A DNA stretch of 64,000 nt from Paragordius varius. Lineage: Eukaryota; Animalia; Nematomorpha. This document shows positions 27,213 to 41,442 of this stretch, piece by piece (the first letter of the stretch is position 1; each line of letters starts with the position of its first letter). A program made the position numbers and the translations under genes. The notes under the pieces are model-generated. The model saw nothing but the letters and a program-made list of their open reading frames with translations, searched no databases and was not told the DNA's origin. The stretch spans positions 1 through 64,000 of the forward strand of contig OZ176059.1 in the NCBI GenBank assembly GCA_964247055.1, read 5' to 3'.

Positions 27213-27902
27213 ACCATTTACACTTCAAGAGTGTCCTTGAACAATTCAAGTTGGTCCTTGAACAATTCAAGTTGGTCCTTGAACAATTCAAGTTGGTCCT
27301 TGAACAATTCAAGTTGGTCCTTGAACAATTCAAGTTGGTCCTCGAACAATTCAGGTTGGTCCTTGAACAGTTCAAGTTGGTCCTTAAACATTTCAGTTGG
27401 TCCTTAAAATTCATAAATTTTGATTTAACCATAATTTTTGCATTTATTCTTTTATTTTATTATTTATTAACCTAATTTTCATTATTTATTATATATTTAT
27501 TCATTTAAAAATAAAAATTTTTATTGAAAAACCACTTTTTTGTTTCAAACTATTTTTTTTTCAATTGAACAAAATTATTGACTTTTAAATGTTTTTAATG
27601 AAAAAATTTAATTAATAACCCAGAAAACTTATATATTTTTTCATTTTGTGTTAAAATCTTATAAATATCTAAATTTATTTTAAGAAATTAATAAAGATAT
27701 ACGGTTTTTCAAAGATTAAAAGTTGATATCGATTTAAATTTTATGTTAAATAATAGAAAATAGGTTAAAAACAATAAAATAGATGAATTATTTACAATTT
27801 GATTGATAAAATTTAAAAACAAAACAAAAAAGTCAAAGGACCAACTTGAATTGTTCAAGGACCAACTTGAATTGTTCAAGGACACTCTTGAAGTGTAAAT
27901 GG

Positions 27903-27903
<1 letters not shown>
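27213..27903. mobile_element. Foldback element family A
   Basis: AT|ACCATTTACACTTCAAGAGTGTCCTTGAAC ... GTTCAAGGACACTCTTGAAGTGTAAATGGT|ATAT; about 8 units in the left arm and 2-3 in the right; followed by a (TA)n tract. Confidence 0.9.
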
Positions 27904-27954
<51 letters not shown>

Positions 27955-29566
27955 TAATGATGATTTTTAAATAGTAAAATATATCAGCATGATTATTTTG
28001 GTTCGAGGGCTAAGACTTATATAATAACGACTTAAATAAATGTTTTATAACAAATTGTTCAAACATAAATTTATGATATAGAAAGGTAAATTAGTATTCA
28101 ATCGTTATATAATTAATTAGTTGTTTTTTAAATTGTTTTGAGGCTTTAATTTGAATTTTTAATAGAATTTAAAAGTGTTTTTCATGGTCCTTTGGTTTAA
28201 TATATAAAATATTTACACTTTTTAAGATATGTTCCATATCAAAACGGGCATTATGCTAAAACAAATTGTATTGTCAAAGATAAGTCATGCGTCTTGACCA
28301 AGATTATTAATATTAATACACCAAAATACACAAAAAATATTCTGATGATATATATACATACATATATATAATGTGTATAAATTTAATCAATTTCTAGCCG
28401 CAAAGACAAAGGAATATTAAAAATATTATTCATATATTTCATTTTTCATGTAAAAATTGAGTCTTGCAATGATAGTGCAAGCCAGACCTGGCCAGTCGCT
28501 GGACAGAAGAGAAGATATGGACTTATACGGATAACAAATTATTTTATTTTTTATTATGATGACTTAAATTACTGAAAAACAATTAAAGTTTATTCACAGA
28601 TATTACAAATAAAAATGGTTATATATATGGGCAAATATTTATTTATTGATCGTGACACATATAGGCCATCTAATTTAAAAAAATATATTTTACTTACTTT
28701 TCATCATAATTCTGTTGTTGTGTGTGCGAGTATTTTTGTAACCATCGTCGTTTTTTATAAATTTGTTACACGCGAATAATTTAAAAAAACCGTCGCTTAT
28801 ATTTATTAACCATTACCAATGCTAATTCCCTGAGATTTATGATTGATTATTTTATGGCTCAAAATTTATATATTGTATAATAATATTTGGAATTTCTTGT
28901 ACTATCAAGTCATTTATACAAGTTATTTTTAAAAGATATTGATAACAAATAACAAGAAAATATGTAAATATACAGACAAAACGAAAAAATATATTGATAA
29001 AGGTCCCAAATATTAAATAAACTTGCTACATTTAATAAGAAGTTTTGTAGTTTGGTTTTTTTGGCTTTCAATGATAACTGATATGATCTTGGTGAACCAT
29101 TATTTAAACATAAAAAATGGTGTATGGGTTTTAGTGATGTATTACATATTAAATGGATGGCGCATTTTAAGTTAATATGATATATATTTTTAATTAATCG
29201 TCTAATTGCCAGTTAATTTAAATAAGAAAATTTTATTTTTTTTATTTGTGGCATATATTTTCTTTGAAAGCAACAAGGCTTCTTGCCCAATCAAAAATGT
29301 CGCCAGTTTTTTCAATTCACATAAAAATTATTAAGTGTTCGATATTCTACGTAATCACGTGTTTACACCCAAAATTTAAACTATGCAGAAATAATGAAAT
29401 ATCTAAAATAATCAAGTGATGTATGTGTATTAATTAATCCATGTATTTACAATTGAAATCATTTTGTTTATGTATGATATCTCAATATTTACAAAAAGTA
29501 CGTTATTTTTAGTAAAAATATTTTGTCTTATTAGATTTATATGAATAAGAAAGTTTTTGGTTATAA

Positions 29567-29775
29567 TTACCCTTGAACTTCACCCTTAAACAATTCAAAT
29601 TCACCCTAAAAATAAATTTTGTGTTTTTGAACTAAAATAACTCATTATTAATATGAAAAATACCTTTATGGAAAAAACATATATATATTATATGAGGGTG
29701 AAATTTGAATTGTTCGAGGATAAATTTGAATTGTTCAAGGATATTGTTTAAGGGTAAATTTAAAATGTAAATGGT
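29567..29775. mobile_element. Short foldback family D (21-bp AAATTTGAATTGTTCGAGGAT units)
   Basis: Right end TGTAAATGGT; inverted arms CCCTTAAACAATTCAAATTCACCC / GGGTGAAATTTGAATTGTT; left terminus eroded; units share GAATTGTTCAAGGA with family A. Confidence 0.6.
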
Positions 29776-30759
29776 AAACATCCAATATTTACCCCAATAG
29801 AACCTGTCTGAAATTAATCTGAATCCGAAAAAGGAATTTTAATTCATTTTTAGATTTGGATAATCATTATGAGATAGAAAAGTTATTTGGCTAATTGCAG
29901 TGATTTATTAAAACAATCAGAAATTCATCTTTTTATCTCTAAAGACGACAAAAAATTATGAAATATTTAAATTTTGAGCGAATAAATTCTATCGATTCAA
30001 ACTTTCATATTATTCCTATCGTCAAAATTATTATAGCATAAAATTTTGTTTTTTGACCATTAATTTTTAAGGGCGTGGGTTTTAAAGAAGTGAAGCAATA
30101 AATGTTATTTTATAAAAACTTGAAAATTGAATCTTTTGTTGACCACTCTTCTCTATGAATTTTACAACTAAAAGAGAATTTAAAGATAATTATACGTATA
30201 GTGACATAAAATTATAACAAAATTTTGTTCAAAATGTAACTTCATTATATATATTTATCTATATATATTCAAACTCATAATATTATAACATTATAAAAAG
30301 TCAACATACAAAAACCAAAAATTATAAAATTTATTTATGTATTCTACCATTCCTGATCGTAAAACTTATTTATATTAAACAAATTCCTTGTTAACATTAA
30401 TACGAGAACAATAAGTAAAAAATAAATTTAGCATTTGCTAATAAAAGCGGGGCTTTAAAATTATTTTATAAATTAATTAAATAAATGGAATACCTTATCA
30501 ATAAGAATTATAATAATACAATAATTGACCTTTGCAAGCTAAAAAACAGTAACCTTATTATTTGGCTAAAACAACCAATATTAAATTTAAAATTCATGTC
30601 CTCTAGCTACCTGTATAATTTAAGATTACCTATTAATCACTTAGTCCAGCATTTCGTTGAAAAATAAAATCTGTTTTCTAAATAGACCATAATTTACTTT
30701 TATTACAAAGATATATAATAATATTTTTAATTTATCTATATAAAAATGGAAAATGCTAG

Positions 30760-31590
30760 CTCGGTAGACCCATTTAAATCCAAATATCGAAAAAATATAA
30801 TCATCAAACAAAGCCCCGACAATAGCTTCGCCATTTTTTTGAAATAGGCCCCCAGTGCGGGCGCACCCGTGTGAAAATTTTTTGAAAACAGAAGTCCACA
30901 AAAATCGTGTCTTTGAGACAATTTTCCAGAAAACGTGTTGGACCATTCGATTTCAAAAATGATTTTTTTACTTTTTTCGATTGCGCCGAACATAGTCGTC
31001 TCAGTTTTTTAGGCCGTCTTTTTACCCGCTTACCCCATAAAATGCCATTTTTTTAAAAAAACAAAGTCTACAAAAATAATTTTTTAAATCTATTTTCCGC
31101 TTAAGGTATGAGACCGTAAAAATTAAATAAGGATTCCACATATTCCCTGTTAAAAGGCAAAAATTTTGGTCAAGCGTTTCTTTGATGATAGCTGCTGGGT
31201 AAGGAGCCACCCGCGAAAAACTGACCCGTCACATCGAAATAGCGTAATTGGGGGCTAAATTTCAGTAAACTTATCAGACCATATGAGTTTAACAACTGCT
31301 TAAAGTTTTACCCGTAAAAAGTCAAAAATTTTAATCGAGCGGGTTTTTTGAATTAGCTGTTAAATAGGCCCTTTACTCTCTAAAAAATGCGCTATCATTG
31401 AACTATCAATTTTTTGAAGTCATTCTTCCATAAACTGGAAGGAACGATTTTTCCAGGTATAAAAGCAAATTTTTTTGTCTATCTACATTTTTATAATGGC
31501 CTCTGGGTAGGGGGCTACCCGCCTACAACTGCATTATCATATCGATACAGTGCCTTTGGAGCCAAATTTCAGAATATGAGAGTAATCATT
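30760..31590. repeat. GC-richer modular degenerate repeat, probable non-autonomous DNA transposon
   Basis: Diverged ~310-bp duplication (CTGGGTAAGGAGCCACCCGC..GGGGCTAAATTTCAG at ~31195 vs CTGGGTAGGGGGCTACCCGC..GGAGCCAAATTTCAG at ~31503). Confidence 0.35.
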
Positions 31591-31596
31591 TAAAAA

Positions 31597-34024
31597 CAGT
31601 GGTACTCACCAAAAAAATTTGACGGTACAAATAAAATGTATTTTTTTTCCGAGGGCCATGAACCTTATAATGGTAATAATTCCATTTTGACACATATTCA
31701 CATATTTATACTCAACATCAGCACTGAATTTTTTGCGGGTCGCATGAAATTTCAGATAAAAACTCGTTTTATACCATTTAGTTTAACAAATTAAAATATT
31801 TTGATAACAACATTTATATTGATATAACTAATAATTTTTGACAAATTTGGTTTCGCCTCATGACAAAGGCCAATCTTAATACGTCGTCCATAGATCATCA
31901 AGCGATTTCTGTATGTATTTTTGACATAGTTTATTTCGAATATGCCATCTCAAACGTGTAAGTTGTAGGAAAAACAGTCAGGATAACTTGAGCACATTTT
32001 TTTATATTTTCATATTTATTTGGCACATCTTGCCTAAACTCTACATATCTTTCTTCTTTACAATTCTCATTGATTATATCCAAATTGTAATCATTTTTAA
32101 AATCTACGAATTATTCAATGATATGCGCTTGATAGAAACCGAAATACTCAAGTTGTTTATTGAATATATCTATATTCCATGGATTTTCAATAAGCAATTT
32201 TTAATATTTCTTATTTCTTGAAATCTGAAATCTTATTAGATAAAATGATAAATGATTGTCTATTATTAAGTTAATCTCCACGGTAAATTCCATATTTTCT
32301 TCATGAATCGTTTTAAGTGTAAAATATAGGAGTGTTTTTTCTATAAAATCTTGTTTATATATTATTAATTTTTCTTCAAAAGCAAATATTAGATTAGCGA
32401 ATTGGGTCATTATTTTGCTCCCTTTAAATTACTAAGTTTATAAGTATAGTCGCATAGGTATAATAAAACCCATCATTCGTCACTATTAATTTTTTCGTCA
32501 AACTTAGTTATCTTTAATAAAAAATAGAATTCCTTGTCTTAAAACAAAAAATATATTTGATACTTTGCTAATGCTTTAGCCATCTCATAGCGATGTACAA
32601 AAGAATATCATCAAACTCACTGTGGATATCTCTCAGATTTTTGAATTTACGGCAGTTGAATTATCGTCCAAGGATGTTGTTAACTATATCCACAACCGTT
32701 TTAATTACTGAATTGAGTGATTCATCTTTTACACGCGAAACCAAGTTTTGCTGATGAATAAAGCAGTGAAAGGATAAAATATTTTGCAAATTATATTTGT
32801 TTTTCAAAAGAGGAATAAATCCTTTGTTTATTCCAATCATAGAGGGATAGCTATCTGTGCAGATCAAAACCAATTTATGAATATACCATCATTATCGGAA
32901 GTGCTAATTATTTCGAGAAAATCACTTCCTTTCGTGGTATTATTCATTGGAAAAATTTTAAATATTCCTCGTTGATTATGTTGTCGCTGAATAATCTCAC
33001 GAAGAGTGTATATTGAGGTATTTAACTAATATCAGTGCTAAAATCAATAGCAATACCAAAAAATTTGCAGTCAGAACCAATAATGTACTGTTAAAAATAT
33101 ATTCAGACGTATCATCAATACGTCGACATGAAGTTTTTTTGCCTCATGATTTGATCTTTAATATGGAATTTATCAAATAAAAAAGTGCAACCATTTATTA
33201 GGCATTTTTTTATTAGTTGGGAATCAGTAAACGGTTTCATATTTTTCCTTAAATATAGCAAATTTTATACGAAGTTAATATTGCAGCTTTTTCCTGGGAG
33301 AAAGCTATGGACATGATAGATTTTTCTTTTTGGTATAATTCCTTAATCTTTTTGTATTTTTCACTTCTTTCCTCATGATTTTATGAGAATGATGGAATGT
33401 AAAATGCTTTGCAATATTGTATTTTTATAATTATTTTGTCCTTACATATAAGGCAGGTAACCGCATTTTTATTTAAAACGACAAAGAATTTTTCTTCCCA
33501 TTTTTTTAAAAAAGCGATTTTCATCGGATGAATTAGTTTAAATATTATGTAAATTTTTTCAAAAAAATAGGAATATAATTTAAATTATGCTATCACGTCG
33601 AAATTTAAAAATGTTGATTTGAAAAATATTTTATGGAAAATAGGTATAAAAGATGATGCAGGATAGCAATCAATAGAATACGTAGATGCAAGTTCGGGTG
33701 AAAGGCTTGCTTAAATTCAAAAAGAATGCATTTAAAATTTCAAAATAGAAAAGAAAATACAATGCAGAAGCAAAAGCAGAAACAACGTGTCCCAAAATTT
33801 CGAAATCATTTTAATGTAGGGAAATTTTTTTACATTTCAAATTGGATATAAAATAAAAATTACCAAAATTAATAATAAAGAAAATAAATTAATAATAAAA
33901 TAAGCGAAAATTCGTTTATCTGTATTAAAAATTCATGTCAATAAAAAAAATAGTATCAATATGGTCATAGGGCAAATTTAAAGCACTCTTAGGGCCGCAT
34001 GCGGCCCGCAGTTGAGTACCACTG
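31597..34024 (-). mobile_element. hAT transposon, Charlie/SPIN (GTF2IRD2-like) type, decayed
   Basis: TIRs CAGTGGTACTCA / TGAGTACCACTG; subterminal GCGGCCCGC; minus-strand remnants KKWEEKFFVVLNKNAVTCLICK and CTDSYPSMIG..GF..HCFIHQQNL..VVDIVN. Confidence 0.85.
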
Positions 34025-34285
34025 TTTTATACTTCGTGCCGCATAACAAAACTGCTTATAAAATTAAAAATGACCCCCAGAAGTCCGAAGGACTTCCTCG
34101 GACTGCGTAGCAGCACGAGATTTTCGGCTAGTATATATATATTTTGATGTTTTACTGGTTAATAAATAATAAACTTCTTAATATTTTTCATATGTGTATA
34201 TTTATTATAATAGATATATTGGCTAAAATTTGAAAAAAACTACATTTTTTGATAATTGAACAGAGAAATCTAAACAAATAGGAAT

Positions 34286-35989
34286 TTAACATTGAGCCAA
34301 ATCTACATAGATTCGGTGAGAGAGGTATTCTGTTGAAGCATGAGCCCCATTTTTATATATAGGACGAATGATGACTTCATATTCAGAGCTTGGATTCAAG
34401 TTGGAGAACCGATACATTCTGCTTTTTAACTATTAATTAAGTTATATATTGCAAATGTTGCTAATATAAAATATTCTGATGTAAAAACTTACACCAAGAG
34501 TCCCATGTCGAGCCTTTTCTCCTTCTACATCTGGGCGACTTAATATGATATCCAAATTTTCAATCCCATAAGCCTTGGCAAAAGGTTCGGAAAGGGGCTC
34601 AATATATACAAATAAATCTTTGCTGCGGCCTTCATTAGTAAAAGTAGTGGTAGCCCGAACAATTTTAGCAAAAGATTTGGAAATGTCTATTTAGTATTTA
34701 GTATTAGATAAAAATTATAAATTTTAATTATCAGTATATAAATAAAAATTATCATACCGTGCTGTTCAAGTTTATAATCATTTCCATTCACTGACACTAA
34801 AAAAGAAGGGATGATAGAAGTATATAATAAACATTCATTTGGCCTTTATATCCCATAATTAAATTTAATAGCTAAACTTTCCAATCGGTATTATATAAAT
34901 TATTTTATATGCCACAATTTTTTTTAACCATTTAAGTTGGTAAATTATTGACAATATCATTAAGTAGTTTTGTATATATTTTATATAAAATTTAATTTTC
35001 AAACATTATTCTTAACAGTGTACAATAATTTGTCCGTTGTTTAAAATTGCAACGAAAAAATGACGGCTAAATGAATTGCGAAGTATTTTTTTTTAATTTA
35101 CTTTATTCGGAAATTGTTTATCACGCAACCCAATGCTAAAGAATTTACCTTTTTAACAGCTCAATAAAAATCTATTCTAATAAGTATTTATAATCCCACT
35201 GGGAATACAAAACTACCATAAAGATAATAAAGTGTTAGGTTCAGAAACATTATTGGGGATAAACGTTAAGAATCAAATTATAAATATTAATACAAAGGGT
35301 GATACTGTTTATTAAAAGCTCAATTTAAACGTAAATGGCATATATATTTTAACTACTGCGAAATACCTTTGAATCGCAAAAAATCTGCAAAAGATCCTCG
35401 TGAAATATTTTTTTGTGAAGCTGATACCTTTAACATGTACTCTTGCTGTGGTACCAATCTCGGCAACTCAAAATGCTTAGCCTGGATAAATATACGAAAA
35501 CGATAATATTATAAATTAGAAAGAGAAATAAATTTTAATACATGTAAAGCATTAGCTCATGTAGGACCATGAGCTTCAAACAAGGAAGTTGCATTGTAAT
35601 AAGGCCAAAGTTGGTAGGAATACACCATTGGATTTTTGTTTAATCGGTTAGGTTCATCGAAAGAAGCCATCACAGAATAATGAGGTCGAGACCCAATGCT
35701 AAATCCAGACAAGCAAAGTCTCAAATTTTGTACACCCATATCTGCTGCTTGTGTAACTCTGCATTCTGATAAACATTAGGTAAAATATGATTTATATCAA
35801 TTTGATTTAATATAATTTGGTAAACATCTTGCACTTGTTATTAGTATCCTATGTTAACTAATAGTATTTTATGGTAATATAAAATATATTATTACCAATA
35901 TTGCTGGTTTCTGTCCCTTTAAGCAATCTGCAATCGGATATAGCGGTAGAAACGATAAAGAAGGTCAAAAGAGAGAATAGGGCAATCAT
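34286..35989 (-). CDS. Secreted protein with two fibronectin type III-like domains; one frame disruption in exon 2 (pseudogene or sequence error)
   Basis: Exons: 35989-35896 (signal peptide MIALFSLLTFFIVSTAIS), 35765-35542, 35482-35367, 34796-34758, 34686-34493, 34429-34286. FN3 E-F strand motifs FELPRLVPQQEYMLKVSA and YRFSNLNPSSEYEVIIRP. Exon 2 is 1 nt (mod 3) too long and reaches TGA after ...HGPT. Confidence 0.7.
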
Positions 35990-36989
35990 TATGAATTCGT
36001 TCGATTTGACAAAATTATGTGATTTTGGTCATTTATGGCAGCTCTATATATACTCTATCAAATACCTAAATAAATATTTATAATTTTTAAAATATTGGCA
36101 ATAATTTTACTTTTAAATGTAGTTTTGGACGCTATCTTGGATACGTAAATATTAAATTTTTTACTATCAAACATAAAAATTATACTAATATTAATTGACG
36201 CCAAGTTATATGAATTATATGTTAATATATAGCGCGTTATTTTTGGCAATGTGTTGGGTAAATGTGTGCCAAATATATAATATATTTGTTTTTTAGGGCT
36301 TATAAAATGGATTTTTAAATTTTGGATATTAAATAAATTAAACACATGATAAAAAACCAGATATATCTATTATATACTGAAATATTGGTGTATAATCAAT
36401 GTGCATATACAGTATGTACATTATGCTGGCCTATTCACCATATCGGCCAATTGGCAACACAGTAGTGTATGGATAAAAAGGGCTTCGAGCCGGAACCCGA
36501 TTCCGAGATTTTAGCATTCCACTTCCTCGTTTCATTTCCTTAACCCAGCCGATTTTCGTGAGAAATTAGTTGGGGTTTATTGTTAATTATATGGTATTTA
36601 TTGCAAAACAACTTTTTTCTAGATTCCCATAAATATAGGATGGCCATCATAATTTTAAAATTATCAAAAAATTAAACAAAAATATTTATATTCATATATC
36701 CGAATTACCAATTAACAATTTTATCGAATATCTTTCTTAAAGAGATTAACAGACAGATATAATTTACAAGATTTTTTTTAATATTAATAACATAACTCTA
36801 TTAATTATTCCTGGTATAACCATAACCATAGCGTCCATAATCAATACCCCCCAAAAAATCAGCCATTATATCTAGTAAACAAATTGCAGCGCACGCGAAT
36901 TAAACAATTAGATTTTTTAAGCCACACATCGATTACATACGCAATACATATTACAGCTTTTAATAATAATGACATTATATGATATCACT

Positions 36990-37138
36990 CTCGAGCGATC
37001 ATATCCGTAATCTATTTCGCCATAGAACCCTGTCTATGGTGTCCTTGCGTTTTAAGTTCACTTTTGTTATGTTTCTATTAACCGTATCAATCCATCCCGT
37101 TTTAGTGCACCCTCTTCCCCTCTTACCTTTCTATATAC

Positions 37139-37176
<38 letters not shown>

Positions 37177-37460
37177 GCATTTATATTTCAATCTTTTCCA
37201 ATGTATTTAACATCTCTTTTTTCTAGGTGCCAGTTTCTAAGATAATTTAACATCTCTTTTGCGTAACGGCTTGATTTCCGTATTTCCTCTATAATGTATA
37301 AATTCCTCGTCTTGTCTTTTCGCGTTACACTGCACTCAATGTACGAATTTTCATTTTAGTAACTTCAAATTAGGTTTGTGAGTAATACATCATTGGCTGT
37401 AAAAGAGAACTGTTGATGTGATAAAACCACATGTTTACCAATTGAGAGGGAAAGATATGG
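36990..37460 (-). pseudogene. RTE-type LINE 3' fragment
   Basis: RGRGCTKTGWIDTVNRNITKVNLKRKDTIDRVLWRNRL resembles the RTE ORF C-terminus; interrupted by a (TA)n tract near 37140-37175. Confidence 0.55.
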
Positions 37461-37676
37461 TAGTCCTACCCTATTCAATATATTTTTTTACCATAAATAT
37501 TGAAATTTTAACTCATCTCCATACATTAATATATTTTTAAATCATTTATTAAAATCATCTCTTCACATTCCCCATCATATATTCTCGTTATATTCTCCGT
37601 CACATATTCTATAATAATCTATCAATAAACTATCACATTTTTGCTTATTTCAGTGGTTTAAACATTAAAATCAAGG

Positions 37677-38380
37677 AATATGAATATAAAAGTTGCCACC
37701 TGCAATCTTATAGGTGCTTATAATAACAACAAAATCGATGTTGTGAACTAAATTACAAAATACAGCATCGACAGACTCGGTGTATCTGAAACACATATCT
37801 CTAATGGCATCTTAGAATTCGAAAATCACGTACTATTTTATTCCGGACACAACACTCTCAAATACAATGGACAGGTATCATAATGAAGAACTTAGCAAAT
37901 TTATCCGACATCTATAATCCTATTAACGAACGTATGATATCAATACGGATCCAAACTACGCCTCAGCCCATAGCAATCCTCCAAGTCTACGCTCCAACCA
38001 GTTCATACAGCGACGACAAATGCGAAACTTTTTACAATGCGCTAAAAACAGCAATAAAGCGAGTACCAAAAAAGATATTCTTTATCTCCTTTATGATTTC
38101 AACAGTATCATTGGTGAGGATACATACCCTGTAGGAGGCAAGACTAGGAACAAAAAGTCAAAGTCATAAATTTTTATAGCAATCACCTTCTTTAAGCAAC
38201 TCAAAAGACGCCTTTACACATGGCGTTCACCGTGTCAAAAATACCGGAATCAAATTGATTAAAGTTCATTCCAAAACGTTAACTGTTATCCTGGCTCTGA
38301 CTGCTACACTGATCACAACCTTTTAGTTGCTAAGCTCTGCATCAAACTCCAATTACCCAAGAAACCTAAGCACTTCGTAA
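37677..38380 (+). pseudogene. RTE-type LINE AP-endonuclease fragment
   Basis: VATCNL, LGVSETH, PINERMISIRI, ILQVYAPTS, YTWRSP, SDCYTDHNLLVAKL; frameshifted. Confidence 0.85.
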
Positions 38381-38544
38381 AACACTCGACTATAATACCA
38401 TCGATAATAATTTTAGCCTTAAATTACATAATCGTTTTAAAGACATAATTTAAATCTAGATTATATCAATATAACTCATTGTTTTATATGGCAAAGTGAG
38501 AAATAGATATATATATATATATATATAAATAACAATCAAATCTA

Positions 38545-38780
38545 TATTTTATAATTGTAACTAAATAGCTTATATGAGAAAAAATATAAAAAAGTATGGT
38601 TTTCTTTAAGTAACTAATATTTGTCTTTACATTTATTCATTTTGTCAGTATAATTTCAATTTTTACTGTAATTCATATAGCTTTTCATAACGAACCATTA
38701 ATGTTAAAACATACTCTCAACATGAAAAAAATATTTGTCTTTATATTTTTACGTTTTGTCCGTATTTCAATTTTTACTGT
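38545..38780. mobile_element. MITE family M, two tandem right ends
   Basis: TTTGTCAGTATAATTTCAATTTTTACTG|TA at ~38670 and TTTGTCCGTATTTCAATTTTTACTG|TA at ~38780. Confidence 0.6.
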
Positions 38781-39030
38781 AAAGACTGGCTAGGTCTGGC
38801 TTTCAGGCTTCATAAACCCAAAAAATACAAATAAAATGATAGTGAAAAATAATATTAATGAATAAGCAGTAAAATATAGAGAGTACTTAAAAATTTAATA
38901 AAAAATGAAAGCGATATCAAATAAAATAAAAATAATATACCTACATTAGCGATTCATATTACAGCTCACAAGATTTAAAGAAACTTTTCCAAGTTAAATT
39001 TTATATTTAGATCTAAGATCTAGTCTATCA

Positions 39031-40760
39031 CAGTGGTGTAGCTAGGGATGTGAAAAGGAGGGCTGATGCAGCGGGCGCCATAGTTGAAGGGGAGCCAGTT
39101 TTTAAATTTTTTGACTTTTATTTCAATAAAATAGGTATTTAAAAGTTATTATTTTAAATAACACATGAAAAATCACCCATTTATGCCAAGCCTTTAATCC
39201 TATCAAAATTCTCCTTTTATCAAGATTAAAATCTATCTGTTTATCTTTTATTATAACTCCACTTAATCCCCTACTTTTCTTGACCTCATCCTGTTTATAT
39301 CATTCATGGAACCCACCTTCAAATATTCGCTTCAAATCACCAAAGTGTCAGATATAAAGATAAGATAATTATTAATCTTAATGTTTAAAATTATAAAATG
39401 CAAAATTATATAATAAGAAATAGAAAATTCTAAAATAAATGTTTTATTTTTTTCCCAAATCAAGACATGGCACACTATGCCGTGCTTTTTTCTTTTTCCT
39501 TTTTTAGTTTCCCTTTATATTTTTGTTCAATAGCGACTTTAATCTTTTACTTCTTGCAATTTAAATATTTCTTTTTTTTTATTATCCGATTTTCCATTAG
39601 AGGGGTATGACATACGAATATATATTTATTTTAGTGCAACTATTTTCAACTATTTTAAAAAACAAAATACAGCTTAAAGTATTTTTACACATGGCCATCA
39701 ATTATATAAATCGATATTAATAAGTGTATTGAGTTACGTTTAAACCTAACAATTAAATTTGTTTTCACGGCTATTTTAACGTATAATTTTTTAACTGTTA
39801 CCTCAAAAAAAAGAAAAAATAAGATTTTAGATCAAAATCTAGTGGAACCGTTTTGGAATTAAAATCAATTAAAAAAATAGAACAGGAACCGAAATTAGAA
39901 AAAAACTAACTGGGCCCAAAACGGTTCCTGTTTGAATTCATGGATTTTAATATACTAGCTAAAGATTTGATATTTTTTAATTCTATTCCAATGGTTCGAT
40001 ATCTATTTTAATCTCGACGGGTAGGATAGGTAAATAGTTCTGCGAAAAATAATTATTTTAATTAAATTATATTATCAGGAATGCCTATTTAGCGCTTAAG
40101 ATAAAAAACAAAAGCAACTTATACCGCACAAAAATTAAGAGAAAGGTTAAAATTATATTTGCATAATGCTAATAATCATAATACCAATTGCACTTTACTG
40201 CCAAAAAACGGTGGCCCAGCATTTTTCGAGTAATTCGACAATAAAACTTGTGCCTAACGGCGCCTCAATATTTTGCGACAGTAGTCATACAATAGAGGAC
40301 TTTATTAAATGCTATAGAAATAAATGTGGATTATATATATAATATGCTATATTTATGTGGCAGTCTTCATGGAAACTAATATTTAATTTTTGAAAAAATT
40401 TTGATGATTTTAATACCTAAAGATGGCCATTCTCCGGACGTAAGTCTTTATCAAATTTTTTAGTCGGGTCACGCATTCGAATGCACTTTGATTACTGCTT
40501 GTATATAACATTTACATAAACGATCTTTTCGCGCAGAAACTAATATCATTTTTTTTAATTTCTGATAAATTTGCTAATCAAGCCGTCGTTTTCAAAGAGT
40601 TGTATGTGCATGTTCTTTCCGGTTTCTGTTTAGGACGGGCGACATTCGTCCCGCTCATTTGAATTTAATTATATTTAAAAAAGCAAGGGGTTGCATGGAG
40701 GGGAGAAGGAGCCGTCACAGATTCCTGCACCCGGCGCCAGGAATGCAAGCTACGCCACTG
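39031..40760. mobile_element. Non-autonomous hAT-like element
   Basis: TIRs CAGTGGTGTAGCT / AGCTACGCCACTG with GC-rich subterminal regions; no clean TSD. Confidence 0.7.
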
Positions 40761-41442
40761 GTTTCACGACTGAATTGGTTGTTACAATGAATTTTTACAG
40801 TCGAAAATATTCTTTATAGATGCGATGGTTAAATAAAATAGACTTATATAGACCTATGTACTTAAACATTTGGATTTTATGTTGTAATTTACAATTGTAA
40901 TTTAAAGCTCTATTATACTAAATGTTGTATGAAAACCATTGAATGAAAAGTCACCAAACAAAATGAAAATCAGGGAACTCAATAGAGAGTGCCTGGTGTA
41001 TTTATTTCTTCCATGTTTTGGGGTTGTAGGCGTCTTTAACATTTTTCGTTCCTCAACATCTTCTGTGATTTTGTGCCATATTTTAAAAGGACAACCTGGT
41101 ATATTTTTGAATCTAATTATTAATGTTGCATCTTTCTCAATATATTATCGTTTCTTGGCTTAATGTGTCCTAACCAGCTTAGTCTTTGGGATTGGAATAT
41201 ATGATCAATTGGGTCTTTTTGAAAGATTGCGTAGGCGTCTGATAGATTTGAATACACCAGTTAGCTAATTTTAGTAGACAAATTTATATATAGGATTTGC
41301 ATACTTTTTGATGACCTTTTATATTTGAATTAAACTATTGTATCAATTTTGTATTTAACATGCACACGTTATTGTACCTTGGTTTAACATCACCGCTAAT
41401 TTTATATAGTTTTGTTTTTGTATTTTATCTCAATAAATATTT

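Noticed and set aside
27167-27475. Heptad-repeat ORFs (LVLEQFK / RTNLNCS), also at 17.1-17.9 kb
   Set aside because: By-product of the 21-bp foldback units, which are open on both strands; not coiled-coil genes.
29030-29130. Weak GPCR TM3-like peptide on the plus strand
   Set aside because: Too short and contains a stop; the similarity could be chance.
34075-34132. Hairpin followed by CTAG|T, Helitron-like 3' end (similar hairpin at ~4443-4475)
   Set aside because: No 5' end or second copy could be identified; too weak to call.
34797-34850. Apparent signal peptide MNVYYILLSSLL
   Set aside because: It hits an in-frame TAG; the pyrimidine run is better explained as the splice acceptor of exon 34796-34758.
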